A program made the translations under genes and the position numbers. From positions 2,566-66,565 of IMG/VR virus record IMGVR_UViG_3300021399_000014: a stretch of 64,000 nt of DNA; one strand, written 5' to 3'. Under the pieces are notes generated by a model. That model worked only from the letters and a program-made list of their open reading frames with translations. It was not told the DNA's origin and made no database searches. Shown here one piece after another: positions 42,379 to 52,883 of this stretch. Position 1 is the stretch's first letter. Each line of letters starts with the position of its first letter. Origin of the DNA: a virus (Duplodnaviria; Caudoviricetes).

Positions 42379-45300
42379 ATGCTGATCGCAGTACGGTTAT
42401 CGATGAAGCCATTGCCAGACTTAAGTTTGACAATGAGCAGTTCGAAAGCGGAGTATCCCAGTCTTTAAGTACTCTAGACAAGCTTAAAGCTGCGGTTGGC
42501 GGGGCTTTTATAGGCTTTAACGTAAAGGCCTTTGATACAATCAAGCACTCGTTAGCCTCTTTGAACACTAAAGGAATGGAGAAGTCTGTTAGTACCATTT
42601 CCGATCGCTTTACCAATCTTGGTATCGTTGGTACTACAATTCTTCAGGAAATAACAAGAAAAGCTCTGTCGCTTGGATCTAGCTTAACGCATAAGGTATT
42701 GTCTCCAATCAATAGCATCTGGGGAATCATTACCAATAAGGGCTGGGCCAGAGCAACTAACGTCAAGCAGGCGGAGTTCATGATTAAGAATCTCGGCTTG
42801 TCTTGGAAAAAGGCTTATGATGATATCGAACCGGCCGTAAGAGGTACAAGATTCGGTTTCGATGAGGCTGCTACGGCGGCTGCACAGTTAGCTACTTCTG
42901 GAATCAAGTTTGGCGAAGAGATGCCTGCTGTGCTAAAGGCCATCGGTAACGCCGCTTCTATGGCTAACGTCGAATATAGCGATATGGCTCACATCTTCAC
43001 TACGATGGCGAGTAACGGTCGTGTGTACGGCGAACAGCTTCAGCAGATGTCTTATAGGGGCCTGAACGCTACTAAAGCTCTTGCCGACTACTTAGGCAAA
43101 TCAGAAGCAGAAGTTAAGGAGCTCGTGTCTAAGGGCAAAGTTAGTTTCGCTGACTTCTATAATTCGATGAATAAGATGTTTGGCGACGCTGCTCATAAGG
43201 CTAACGAAACGTTCAGCGGTGTCTTGGCAAACAATAAGGCAGTCTTTGCAAGAATCGGTCAGGTATACGCTACCGGTTTTATGGATGCTTCGCTTAAGGT
43301 CCTTCAGCATACGTTACCTAAGCTTCAAGAGTTCGAGAAAGCGATTAAGCCGATTGGAGAATTAGCATCATCCGCTATGGGCGTTGTTGCGGATCGTCTG
43401 GTTCCCCTTATCGATCGGATTGATTTTACCCCCATTACTAAGTTCATAGATACATACGTTAAGCCTCTTAAGGAGCAGATAAGCGGCGTTGTTGCTCCAA
43501 TACAGGATGTTCAAAATGCGGTAGAAGAAGCCGTCAAGCCTGCAGAAGATCTCCTTGAGCTCGCCAATAAAGTTATCCGAGGCGACTTCGGAAACGGCAA
43601 GGCAAGAAAAGATAAACTGGAAGAGCTTGGCTACTCTTATGAACTGGTCCAAAATAAGGTTAACGAACTTCTCGGATGCAATTTCCGTTACGAAGTTCAG
43701 GCAAAAGAGACAGCTAAAGTGGAAAGCCATGTTGCACAGGTTACAACCCAGCACACTGCGGCTCTGTCCTCTATGTCAGACGTAGTAACTAATCTTACAA
43801 GATTCCTCGGAGGCCTTCAGTCGGCATGGAAACTGGTCAAGCAGGCTGGTAAAGCTGTATACGACATAGTTATTGTTCCGTTCTTAAGGTATCTTCCTAC
43901 TCTTATCGGAATTATATCTAAGTGGCTTGGCGACGCTGGAGCTCTATTCAGTAAATTTGCAGACTGGGTAGAACGATTAGATCCGGTCCGAAAGATTCTT
44001 GGCGGAATCGTTGGAATCAGCAAGATGTTTTTTAGTGCTATCGCGACCATTGCAGGCGGCTTAGCTAATTTCTTCGCTACTATTGCACGATATGACGAGC
44101 CTCAGCAGTTCCTTGCTAGTATCGGAGATAACATCGAATTCCTGCTTAGACGTTTCTCTAAACTCCACGTCTTCGCTCAGCGGACCTTTAACCAGATCTC
44201 CAACTTATCGGGAGTCAAGAGGCTTACTGCAATCCTTTCTAAGCAATTCAAGTTACTTAGAAATAGTTTAATTAAGCAGATTGTTCAGATCTTCAAAGGC
44301 CTCAATTTCATTTTCAATAAAGATAGCGACATTGATATCTTTAGTAAAATCGGAGAGATCCTTATCGGTGACGGCGGAGTCATTGATACGGTTGCTAATA
44401 AACTGGCTGACTTTGCGGAATTAATAGGGCGTGCCGGCGATCTTGTCTACACAGCCATCTGGGGCAAATATGGCATCGGAACGCTTGCTACTACTTTTGG
44501 CGATAAGATTTCCGATACGTTTAAGAACACAGATGTGATTCCTGCTTCTATTAAGAACCTGTTCAACAACTCGCTGATTCAGAACGTAAAGAATTTCGGA
44601 GAAATTGTTATCGGCTTCTTCTCCGGTCTGATCGATAAGTTCAAAGAAGCGTCCAAGCTTGAAGGCGTACAGAAACTCGTAGCTGCCCTAAGCAACCTGT
44701 TCGAAATTCTTAAAGGAGGAGCTCTTGATCTTCTAGCAAAGGCATTAGAGCAGATCGATAAACTTCTTAATTCGAATATGTTCAAGGATAGCGAGTTTAT
44801 TAACTTCTTTGGCGAAGGCGGCGTTATCGATACTGTATCAGGTGTACTTGCTACTTTTGTCGAACAGTTGCAGAACGCGCCCGGATATATCGAGAATTTT
44901 ATCGGCAAGTTAACCAATCTCCCTTCTAAATTTGGCGACATTGGAGAAATGATTCAGGGAGCAATCGACACATTCGCTAAGTTTTTCAAGGAAGCATCTA
45001 AGGGAGTACCGAACTTCATTGAGTACCTGTTCGTTAATATGCTGGATCCAAGTGCTGCCAAAGGCGCAATCGGTACTACGGCAAAAGACGTTCTGGAAAT
45101 GCTGCGCGACCGAATCGTTTCAGATTTCATAAGCGCACTTCCCATTAAGCCAGAACAGTTAAAGAGCATAGGCGAGTGGATTGGCGAGCTGTTTAGCGGT
45201 GCTCTGTCTGGAAGTAAAGCTAGTCTTATTGAGAGCGCTAGCGGATTTGGAGATGTTCTGTCTGTCTTAAAGAGATTATTCGTTGAGAATCTGTCGGCAA

Positions 45301-48300
45301 TCATCAATCCAAATCTTTTGAGTGCGTTTGATCACTTTAAAGACTCTCTTGACTCGACAAGAGGATCTGTTGATGGAGTAGTTGAAAGCGGACAGGACCT
45401 TTCTGGAGTTCTTGAAGCGATTCAGAAGTACGGAAAACCGGTACTGGATTGGCTCGCTAAAGCCGCATCTGAGGCAGGTAATTGGTCTTTCGCAGAGTGG
45501 ATTGGCAATCTTACTGGCGTCGCCAATTTGAATATCCTGTTCAAAATCGGAGGTCTTATTAAGGCAATCACCAACGATATCAAAGACTTCGGTACGATAC
45601 TTCAAAACGTTGCGCTGGTGCCTAAAGAGTTTGCTGGTGTGTTTACGGCGTTAAAAGACGGTTTCAGCAGTTTTGGTACATTAGCTAAGAACTGGAGCGA
45701 CGTCGAGAACGTGTTCAAACAGTGGCGCAAGAAGGCGTTTACTACGGCGCTCAGAGATTTTGCTATTTCTGTAGCTTTAGTCGCCGGTTCGATCGCTTTG
45801 CTTGGCTCTGACTTTGTCAACTACGATCGCATCCGTGACAATGCTGATGTGCTGTTGACATTCGTTGGGGTCTTAGGTGCGTTCTATTACGTAGCAGCCT
45901 CGACTCCTCCTACCGTGTTGGATTCTGTAGCTAATGCGTTCGTAAAGATTGGCGGCGGACTGTTCCTCCTTTCAGCAGCAGTCTTCTTGTTCGGTAAGAT
46001 GAATCCGGAAGTGCTGATTCAGGGCGGAGAAGCGGTGCTCATCTTTATGACTTTCATGGCTGGCGCAGCGGCGATCGCGGGAAAGGCAAATGCTAAGGGA
46101 TTTGTCGGTATGGCTGCGGCTATACTGCTTCTTGTTCCAAGCGTGTGGCTATTAGGGCACATGGATCCCGCGACTCTGATTCAGGGCGGATTTGCAATTG
46201 CTACATTTATGGGCGCTATGGCAGGCGCCATGAAACTTGCGGATACAGCTAAACCGCGTGGCTTCGTTGCCATTGCTGCGGCTTTGCTTCTTCTTGTACC
46301 TAGCGTTTGGCTCCTTGGCACTATGAAGTTTGAGAAGCTCGTCATCGGTGGTTCCGCTATATTGATATTCATCACGTATATGGCGGCGGCAGCGAGGGTA
46401 GCCGGAAATGTCGAGCATTCTTTGACCGCGTTTGGCGGAGTGGCCCTCGCAGTAGCAGCCATTACCGCATCTCTGTTCTTACTGTCGCTGATGAAGCCTA
46501 GTAAGTTGATAGCGTCGGCTCTGGCGTTGAGCGCGGTTATGTCTGCGTTGATCGCGGCGATGATTGTTGCTAAGTCTGTCGGAGACGTTCAGACTCTAGG
46601 CCTTACTATAGGAGCTATGGTTGCTATGTTGGCTGTAATTTCTCTGGTGTTAACTGAGCTTGCTAGTATGGATAACATTGGCTCTCTCGTGGCCGTTGCA
46701 GTTACTCTCGGCTTGGTGATCGGAGCTCTTACGCTGTCGTTAAAGATGCTGTCTGGACTCGATCCGGCTATAGCTCTTAAAGCAGGTTTAGCTTTTGATG
46801 CTTTTGCTGTTTGTATCGGAGTGCTGTTGAGCCTTGCGGGTGCTCTTGGCCAGTTGGAGGCAGTTCAGAAAGCCGCTGAAGGACTCGGCAAATTAGTCGG
46901 TTCGTTCTTCAAAGGGATGGAAGAAGCTAATCCCAAGAGAGCAGATGAACTTAATCAGACCGCAGATAAGATGTCTTTGTTCAGCGAGAAGATTAAGGGC
47001 TTTATTGAGATGCTTACCAGCGTTGACGAGACGACCGCTCGCGCTGCTAACATACTCGCGTCAGCACTGATCAAAATGACAGCAGCTGAACTAATAGATT
47101 CTTTGTCCGGTTTCGTTTCCAAGTTCGGTAAAGACAATTCGCTTGGCGGCCAGCTCGAATCGTTTGGCGTTTCGCTTAAGAATTTCCTGGAAACGGTCAA
47201 AGATATCGACACGGGAGACGATTCCAAGCTTGCGAGTATTGTTAGAGCCATAGACTTTATGGTTGAAGTAGCCAATAAGCTAAAGCCATCCGGTGGTTTT
47301 GTCCAGAAAATAACTGGTCTCCCGGATCTTGGCGACTTCGGTAAGAAATTATCCGCGTTCGCAGACGGTTTCAATCCGTTCAACACCAAAGTCAATCTGA
47401 TGCAGAATGTCGATGACGGCAAAATGGAGCAGATTGGTAAAGGCGCTGGGTATATGGCTGACGTTGCTGGAAAGCTTCAGAACAGCGGCGGAAAGATCGA
47501 TTGGCTTGTCGGACAGAAGAATCTTGGCGATTTCGGTGCTAAATTGGCAGCGTTCGCAAACGGCTTTGACAGCTTCAACGACAAGGTTAACCGCTTAGAG
47601 GATATCGATAAAGAAAAGATTAGCAAGGTTACTTCTGTTACGGAAGAACTAATCAAGATGTCTGGTAAACTCAAAAGCGGAGATGGCTTTGTTCAGTGGG
47701 TTATTGGCCAGCAAGATCTCGGAGAGTTCGGTAAGAAATTAACTAAACTCGCAGCAGGACTGGTTGAATACTCAGCAGCGACGGCAGAACTTAACACCGA
47801 AAAGATGTCTAAGGTTACATCGCTGTTGATGTATATGGCTTCGTTTGACGGAATGGGTGATATTATTAATGCCGATACTGTTCCGATGATCGATGCTGTA
47901 ACTAGACTTGCCACATCTCTTAGCGCATGGACTCAATACACATCAGACTTTAACCCCGAGCAGTTCGTTACTGCAGTAGGGGCGCTTAAGAAGCTTGGAG
48001 AGTTCTTTGCCGAGATTGACGGAATTAACGTAGGAACAGCAGATACTTTCGGTTCAGCTATGATAAAACTGGCGATGACCGATACTGCGGCCTTCTGCAG
48101 CGCTTTCGTCAATGCGGCAGCCGACGCTAAAGTTGCGGTTCAAATATTCCTTGAAGGTGCGGCAGCTGGTCTTAGCGATCCAGAAGGAAACTTCGAGCAT
48201 TATGGCGTTACGCATGCTACAAAGTATGGTGATGGCGTGACTTCAATGACCGAAGGTGTAAAAGGTCGCATCATAGCTTTCGTCAACATAATATTAGCCG

Positions 48301-49073
48301 CCATTCTGGCCAAGAATAAAGAATTTATTGCCAGAGGTACAATTGCGGCACACTCCTATGCCAAAGGAATTACTGATAACTCTGGAGCAGCTAAAAAAGC
48401 TGCTAGTGGCATGGCTGACCAAGCAGTTAGCGGACTCGATGGGGTTAAGGGCAAATTCTTTGACAAGGGTAACGATGCAGCAGAAGGGTTTGCGGAAGGT
48501 ATTCGTGATAAGGCTGACGATGCTGCTAGAGAAGCTTCCGATATGGTTACTAACGCTATTGAAGCGGCTAGACGAGCTCAGGATTCAGCGTCACCTTCTA
48601 AGATTACTCGCGGCTTAGGTCACGACTATGATGACGGTTACGCGCTTGGTATCGACGACAACGCGTATAAGGCATCTGATGCTGTTGACGATATGATCGC
48701 GGCTACGATGCTTACAATGATGGGCGGTATGCAGCAGTTATCCGAGCTTATCGACAATGAGCTGGAAACTGAGCCTGTTATACGTCCGGTGTTTGATCCG
48801 TCAGGTGTCACCTACGGAATCGGACAGGCTAATGCGATGCTTAGTAACATGAACACGGACGTAACTGGTGGTGTTGGCGCAATAATTTCCAATGCTCAAA
48901 ATGGTGAAGCCGCTAAGAAACTCCAGCTATCTGAACTCGATTATACTGGAGACATAGCACGACTCATCGAGAACACGTCAACCATGATTAGCGCTATACG
49001 TGAGAACCGTTACGCAATAATTGATGGCGAGTATGTGTTTGACTTTGTTGACACCAGAATGGGCATGGCATAA
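42375..49073 (+). CDS. Tape measure protein
   Basis: About 2230 aa; tape-measure N-domain (GTRFGFDEAATAAAQL), hydrophobic central repeats, one CW_7-like repeat. Confidence 0.9.
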   Translation: MNADRSTVIDEAIARLKFDNEQFESGVSQSLSTLDKLKAAVGGAFIGFNVKAFDTIKHSLASLNTKGMEKSVSTISDRFTNLGIVGTTILQEITRKALSLGSSLTHKVLSPINSIWGIITNKGWARATNVKQAEFMIKNLGLSWKKAYDDIEPAVRGTRFGFDEAATAAAQLATSGIKFGEEMPAVLKAIGNAASMANVEYSDMAHIFTTMASNGRVYGEQLQQMSYRGLNATKALADYLGKSEAEVKELVSKGKVSFADFYNSMNKMFGDAAHKANETFSGVLANNKAVFARIGQVYATGFMDASLKVLQHTLPKLQEFEKAIKPIGELASSAMGVVADRLVPLIDRIDFTPITKFIDTYVKPLKEQISGVVAPIQDVQNAVEEAVKPAEDLLELANKVIRGDFGNGKARKDKLEELGYSYELVQNKVNELLGCNFRYEVQAKETAKVESHVAQVTTQHTAALSSMSDVVTNLTRFLGGLQSAWKLVKQAGKAVYDIVIVPFLRYLPTLIGIISKWLGDAGALFSKFADWVERLDPVRKILGGIVGISKMFFSAIATIAGGLANFFATIARYDEPQQFLASIGDNIEFLLRRFSKLHVFAQRTFNQISNLSGVKRLTAILSKQFKLLRNSLIKQIVQIFKGLNFIFNKDSDIDIFSKIGEILIGDGGVIDTVANKLADFAELIGRAGDLVYTAIWGKYGIGTLATTFGDKISDTFKNTDVIPASIKNLFNNSLIQNVKNFGEIVIGFFSGLIDKFKEASKLEGVQKLVAALSNLFEILKGGALDLLAKALEQIDKLLNSNMFKDSEFINFFGEGGVIDTVSGVLATFVEQLQNAPGYIENFIGKLTNLPSKFGDIGEMIQGAIDTFAKFFKEASKGVPNFIEYLFVNMLDPSAAKGAIGTTAKDVLEMLRDRIVSDFISALPIKPEQLKSIGEWIGELFSGALSGSKASLIESASGFGDVLSVLKRLFVENLSAIINPNLLSAFDHFKDSLDSTRGSVDGVVESGQDLSGVLEAIQKYGKPVLDWLAKAASEAGNWSFAEWIGNLTGVANLNILFKIGGLIKAITNDIKDFGTILQNVALVPKEFAGVFTALKDGFSSFGTLAKNWSDVENVFKQWRKKAFTTALRDFAISVALVAGSIALLGSDFVNYDRIRDNADVLLTFVGVLGAFYYVAASTPPTVLDSVANAFVKIGGGLFLLSAAVFLFGKMNPEVLIQGGEAVLIFMTFMAGAAAIAGKANAKGFVGMAAAILLLVPSVWLLGHMDPATLIQGGFAIATFMGAMAGAMKLADTAKPRGFVAIAAALLLLVPSVWLLGTMKFEKLVIGGSAILIFITYMAAAARVAGNVEHSLTAFGGVALAVAAITASLFLLSLMKPSKLIASALALSAVMSALIAAMIVAKSVGDVQTLGLTIGAMVAMLAVISLVLTELASMDNIGSLVAVAVTLGLVIGALTLSLKMLSGLDPAIALKAGLAFDAFAVCIGVLLSLAGALGQLEAVQKAAEGLGKLVGSFFKGMEEANPKRADELNQTADKMSLFSEKIKGFIEMLTSVDETTARAANILASALIKMTAAELIDSLSGFVSKFGKDNSLGGQLESFGVSLKNFLETVKDIDTGDDSKLASIVRAIDFMVEVANKLKPSGGFVQKITGLPDLGDFGKKLSAFADGFNPFNTKVNLMQNVDDGKMEQIGKGAGYMADVAGKLQNSGGKIDWLVGQKNLGDFGAKLAAFANGFDSFNDKVNRLEDIDKEKISKVTSVTEELIKMSGKLKSGDGFVQWVIGQQDLGEFGKKLTKLAAGLVEYSAATAELNTEKMSKVTSLLMYMASFDGMGDIINADTVPMIDAVTRLATSLSAWTQYTSDFNPEQFVTAVGALKKLGEFFAEIDGINVGTADTFGSAMIKLAMTDTAAFCSAFVNAAADAKVAVQIFLEGAAAGLSDPEGNFEHYGVTHATKYGDGVTSMTEGVKGRIIAFVNIILAAILAKNKEFIARGTIAAHSYAKGITDNSGAAKKAASGMADQAVSGLDGVKGKFFDKGNDAAEGFAEGIRDKADDAAREASDMVTNAIEAARRAQDSASPSKITRGLGHDYDDGYALGIDDNAYKASDAVDDMIAATMLTMMGGMQQLSELIDNELETEPVIRPVFDPSGVTYGIGQANAMLSNMNTDVTGGVGAIISNAQNGEAAKKLQLSELDYTGDIARLIENTSTMISAIRENRYAIIDGEYVFDFVDTRMGMA

Positions 49074-49082
49074 CGATATTTT

Positions 49083-49116
49083 GGGCGGCTTCGTTTCATA
49101 GCGAGGTCGCCTTTTT
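49083..49116 (+). terminator. Intrinsic terminator
   Basis: GGGCGGCTTCG...CGAGGTCGCC + T-run. Confidence 0.6.
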
Positions 49117-49133
49117 ACTGTTAAGGAGACGAT

Positions 49134-50075
49134 ATGCGGTATTTTAAGCTATTAACCGATTCGCCAAATCCTAAGGAACTGGATATTACAACGACTAAGA
49201 TTCTGTTTCATGATATTTCGGGTCTCGGGTTTGATGAAGACAACACGTTCAGAGCATTGGGAGACGTATGGTGGCTTGATAAAACCGCCTATCAGCAAAC
49301 CCCGGTCAGCGGAAAGATAGTATTCACCGAAGAAGGAAATACAAGTCCTTACGCTAAGTATCAGGAGTTTGTGCGTTTCATATCGGACCCTCCGCTTATT
49401 CTTTTGTACTATCCTTTTGGTCCGGACAGTAAGGTCTATAGACGAAGAATACGTGTAGGGAAAATCGGTAAGACTGAGATCAACCAGTATGGCGTATTGG
49501 ATATAGATGTCGAGTTTGTACCCTATACGCCTTGGTATGAGGTATTTACTCGTGACATTGATCCCGGCGAGCAAGAGGAATCGTTCGATGAAGGATGGAT
49601 CTGGGGCGGCTCATCGAATCCTCCGCTTAAATTTGAACCTACGAAAGCAGAGGTCGATGGCGGTCTTGCTAGAAGGGCTAAGTTTAGAGGGGAAGCTCTA
49701 AAACGGGTAACATTTGAAGGCGTAACAACCAGCAGAGACAATCCCGTAAAGCTTACCATCTATGGGCCGGTAACCAAACCTGAATGGATTCAATACGTGA
49801 ATGGCGAACGGTATGCTTCCGGCGGTTTCATCGGTACTTTTATCTTGGAAGCCGGCGAGTATCTTGTTGTCGATAATACATCGGGCCAATATGTAATGAA
49901 GGTTTATGACGAAGGAACCGGGGCCGAAAAGCGAAACGTTTACCCGATAAGAGACTTTGATAAGGAATGCTTTCTCAATCTGAAAAAAGGTAACAACGCG
50001 ATTTCTATCTCAACTTCAGACGGCAAGGGCGTTCGATTTAGTGTAGAAGGACACATCTATTATGCAACCGTATAA
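49134..50075 (+). CDS. Distal tail (Dit)-like protein
   Basis: Immediately after the tape measure gene; C-terminal FLNLKKGNNAISI. Confidence 0.7.
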   Translation: MRYFKLLTDSPNPKELDITTTKILFHDISGLGFDEDNTFRALGDVWWLDKTAYQQTPVSGKIVFTEEGNTSPYAKYQEFVRFISDPPLILLYYPFGPDSKVYRRRIRVGKIGKTEINQYGVLDIDVEFVPYTPWYEVFTRDIDPGEQEESFDEGWIWGGSSNPPLKFEPTKAEVDGGLARRAKFRGEALKRVTFEGVTTSRDNPVKLTIYGPVTKPEWIQYVNGERYASGGFIGTFILEAGEYLVVDNTSGQYVMKVYDEGTGAEKRNVYPIRDFDKECFLNLKKGNNAISISTSDGKGVRFSVEGHIYYATV

Positions 50076-51171
50076 CGTTAATTTCTTTGACCGTTCTATG
50101 ACGTATGTGCACCATGATAGCGTAGCCAATATTCTTATCGATGATGATTATGTTTCTGCGGTTGCTAACTCAATCGAAATAAGCCCTACCGATCTGGTAA
50201 AAACTGGGCAGTTTCTTCATATTACCAGAGATGATATGTCCTTCTTTGGCGTTGTAACAGATGCCGTACCCGGAGAAGAGAAGACGACCGTTACATACAA
50301 GCCGTTTATTACGATATTTGACGAGGACTTTTTATTCGATACAAGCACCCAAGGAACGAGTTCCCAAAAAGAGCATCCGACGCTCGAGGCAACCATTAAG
50401 CGCTATTTGGAGGAACTGTACGTACATAATTCCGACACCAAGCAAAGGCTTCCTATTAGCGTTCTAATCGACGATAACATTACGCAAACGGTAAACTGGA
50501 GCCTTAATGTTACCCCAGAGACAGAAGGAAGTCATTACTGCATCATGGGACTATATACGTCTCTTATTGTGAACGCTTGCAAGAAGTATGGAGTAACTAT
50601 TATCGCCGAGCCTAGCTTCAGAGGTAAGACAATATATCTCACAATTACCAAATCTTCAGCAGTGTTCAACATAGACGGCGATTTAAACAATGTAAAAGTT
50701 GTCGCGCTTAAATACAACGACAGACCCAACGGTACGAATAAGTTAGTTGTCTATAACACGGAGAACTATTCGCAATTCGTCAGCTTTTACGTGCATACAG
50801 ACCGAAGCTGGGACACGGACGGAGAGAACAACAGAATAGTACCTGTTATAAGAGAGACGAGAAGCACTGCACCAGATACAGAATTCGAAGACCCTACCCA
50901 AGGTTTTCTTGCTTCGGCACTTGATATCGCTTATAGCACTTTGTCTGGGCTTGATTGGGATAACTATATAGAACTTGAAACTATGACGAGAGATCCGATT
51001 ATTACTCCTATGGACCTTAAGATAGGGCAAAAGATTTCTCTTCGATATAAAGATGGAGTTTATACCAGCATCTTGACTGGCAGGAAACTGAGAACCGACG
51101 GAGTAAGCTTACTGCTTGGCTCTGATCGTATTCAGTACTCCAAACGCATTAAGAGAAGCGGAGGAAAATAA
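50062..51171 (+). CDS. Tail hub / Tal-like baseplate protein
   Basis: Position after Dit; LKIGQKISL...ILTG C-terminal pattern. Confidence 0.6.
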   Translation: MQPYNVNFFDRSMTYVHHDSVANILIDDDYVSAVANSIEISPTDLVKTGQFLHITRDDMSFFGVVTDAVPGEEKTTVTYKPFITIFDEDFLFDTSTQGTSSQKEHPTLEATIKRYLEELYVHNSDTKQRLPISVLIDDNITQTVNWSLNVTPETEGSHYCIMGLYTSLIVNACKKYGVTIIAEPSFRGKTIYLTITKSSAVFNIDGDLNNVKVVALKYNDRPNGTNKLVVYNTENYSQFVSFYVHTDRSWDTDGENNRIVPVIRETRSTAPDTEFEDPTQGFLASALDIAYSTLSGLDWDNYIELETMTRDPIITPMDLKIGQKISLRYKDGVYTSILTGRKLRTDGVSLLLGSDRIQYSKRIKRSGGK

Positions 51172-52236
51172 ATGGACGCTGATATTCGCATTTATCCAGA
51201 TAAAGAAATGATGGCTCTGGATATGGCCGAACTGATGAAAAAAGCTATTCCAGGAAACGGTATTATCCAGGGTTGTAAAATTAGTGTTGCTAGCGGAGCA
51301 CTGAAAATTACTGCAGGGCGACTCGTGATTGGAGGAAGGCTTGGGGTCGTGGTAGAAGATTCAACGATCGAAATTCCTTCTTCTATTACAGGAACAGGAC
51401 GAGCTACTTGTTATCTTGCTGCTGTTTGCGATCTGCAGGCTCCTTCAGCTCCGTTCTTCATCAGGATCTACACTGCATCTGAATTCCAGGCGCTTGAGAC
51501 TTCCGCTAGTGACAGCGAAACATTTAACGTCGAAAACGGTCAGGAATATATTCATCTTGGCGATGTAGTCGTGGATCTCGTTAATCGCGTCGTTATTAGC
51601 TTTACGGCGAACCCCAGCGCTAGAAGTATCGGCTCGGAAGCAGGCATCGAAGAGTTGAGAAGGAGCATTGCTAGCACTGATCAGTCCCTGCTGAACTACG
51701 AAACCTCTAATGATAAGGCAATAGCTGACCTTTCCGGCGAGCTAATATCTTGGATCAATTATCTTAGAAAACGAGTTCATGCATCGTCAAAGAACCGCAC
51801 CTATTCAAACGTATTTAGCGGCGTTGTAGTACCTGCCGGTGTAACCAGAACTTTTAACGTGCGCAAGGAGTATGATGCTGAGACAATAGTTGAAACCGGT
51901 AGTGGCGGTGGAAGCGTTCTTCCCTCTGATAAGGCGTATCTTATCATGAGCACTAACGGTAATATCGTAACCGAAGCTGGATCGCAAGATGCAACGCCCT
52001 CTAGTCCAGTTGATAAATACGGCGTTCCAACTGACATAGATACTAGGCTCGTGGCTGTAGGAATAGGCGGAATTAACATCGCTAACGCGTCTTCTGGAGG
52101 AGCCAACGCAGCGAATTGTACAATCCAGTCGTTTGGTATTTCCGGAGATCATGCCTATGTATCGGTCAGAAACAACGGAACGGCTCAGGCAGTTCTTAAG
52201 ATCGGCATCAGAATCGAATACTCTCAGAGAGAATAA
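51172..52236 (+). CDS. Baseplate / tail fibre-associated protein
   Basis: GIIQGCKI...LKITAGRLVIGGR N-terminal pattern, coiled coil, beta-rich C-terminus. Confidence 0.55.
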   Translation: MDADIRIYPDKEMMALDMAELMKKAIPGNGIIQGCKISVASGALKITAGRLVIGGRLGVVVEDSTIEIPSSITGTGRATCYLAAVCDLQAPSAPFFIRIYTASEFQALETSASDSETFNVENGQEYIHLGDVVVDLVNRVVISFTANPSARSIGSEAGIEELRRSIASTDQSLLNYETSNDKAIADLSGELISWINYLRKRVHASSKNRTYSNVFSGVVVPAGVTRTFNVRKEYDAETIVETGSGGGSVLPSDKAYLIMSTNGNIVTEAGSQDATPSSPVDKYGVPTDIDTRLVAVGIGGINIANASSGGANAANCTIQSFGISGDHAYVSVRNNGTAQAVLKIGIRIEYSQRE

Positions 52237-52248
52237 GGAGGAACACTA

Positions 52249-52878
52249 ATGGCTTTAGAAAAGATAGTATCGAATCTTATTCTTGACGTATACGATCACG
52301 ATACTACTCCTACAACTATTAAGTCCATCGCCTGTGACGACGAGACTAGATATGCCTTTGCAGAACTTAATTATAGAGGCGTACCGTACTATATCACGTC
52401 TAATGCAAAAGTTACGCTAACTGTTCTTAGGCCGGATGGTGCTGGAGTATCGATCGACGGACGCCCCGAAGGCTTTACAGTAACTGAGGATGGCGGAGAC
52501 GTTACTAAGTACGGTCCTTATGCTGAACTCGACGCGGCTGCTATATGCGTGTCTGGTACTCTCCTTGCACAGTTCAAAATAGAAGACGGACAGCAGATTC
52601 TCCGTACTGAGATTTTTAGGATAAAAAATGGCAGAGCTCTCGACGCTGAAATTTCTGATTGGGCTGGCAAGTATCAGGGGTATGATCTTGATGACTTAGT
52701 TAAGAAGGTTGACGCTATAGGCATGGGGGCGGTCAGAATCGACGGTGACGTTCTGGCTATAACCACGCTGGATTCTACCGTCGAGGCTTACCATGCATAC
52801 GTTGATCAGAAGGTAGCTGGGCTCGTAATACCTGTAGTAACTGCCGACACAGCGATCCATATTGATGACGGGAGGTGA
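52249..52878 (+). CDS. BppU-like baseplate upper protein
   Basis: LILDVY...IACDDETRY...TLTVLRPDG pattern. Confidence 0.55.
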   Translation: MALEKIVSNLILDVYDHDTTPTTIKSIACDDETRYAFAELNYRGVPYYITSNAKVTLTVLRPDGAGVSIDGRPEGFTVTEDGGDVTKYGPYAELDAAAICVSGTLLAQFKIEDGQQILRTEIFRIKNGRALDAEISDWAGKYQGYDLDDLVKKVDAIGMGAVRIDGDVLAITTLDSTVEAYHAYVDQKVAGLVIPVVTADTAIHIDDGR

Positions 52879-52883
52879 TATAA

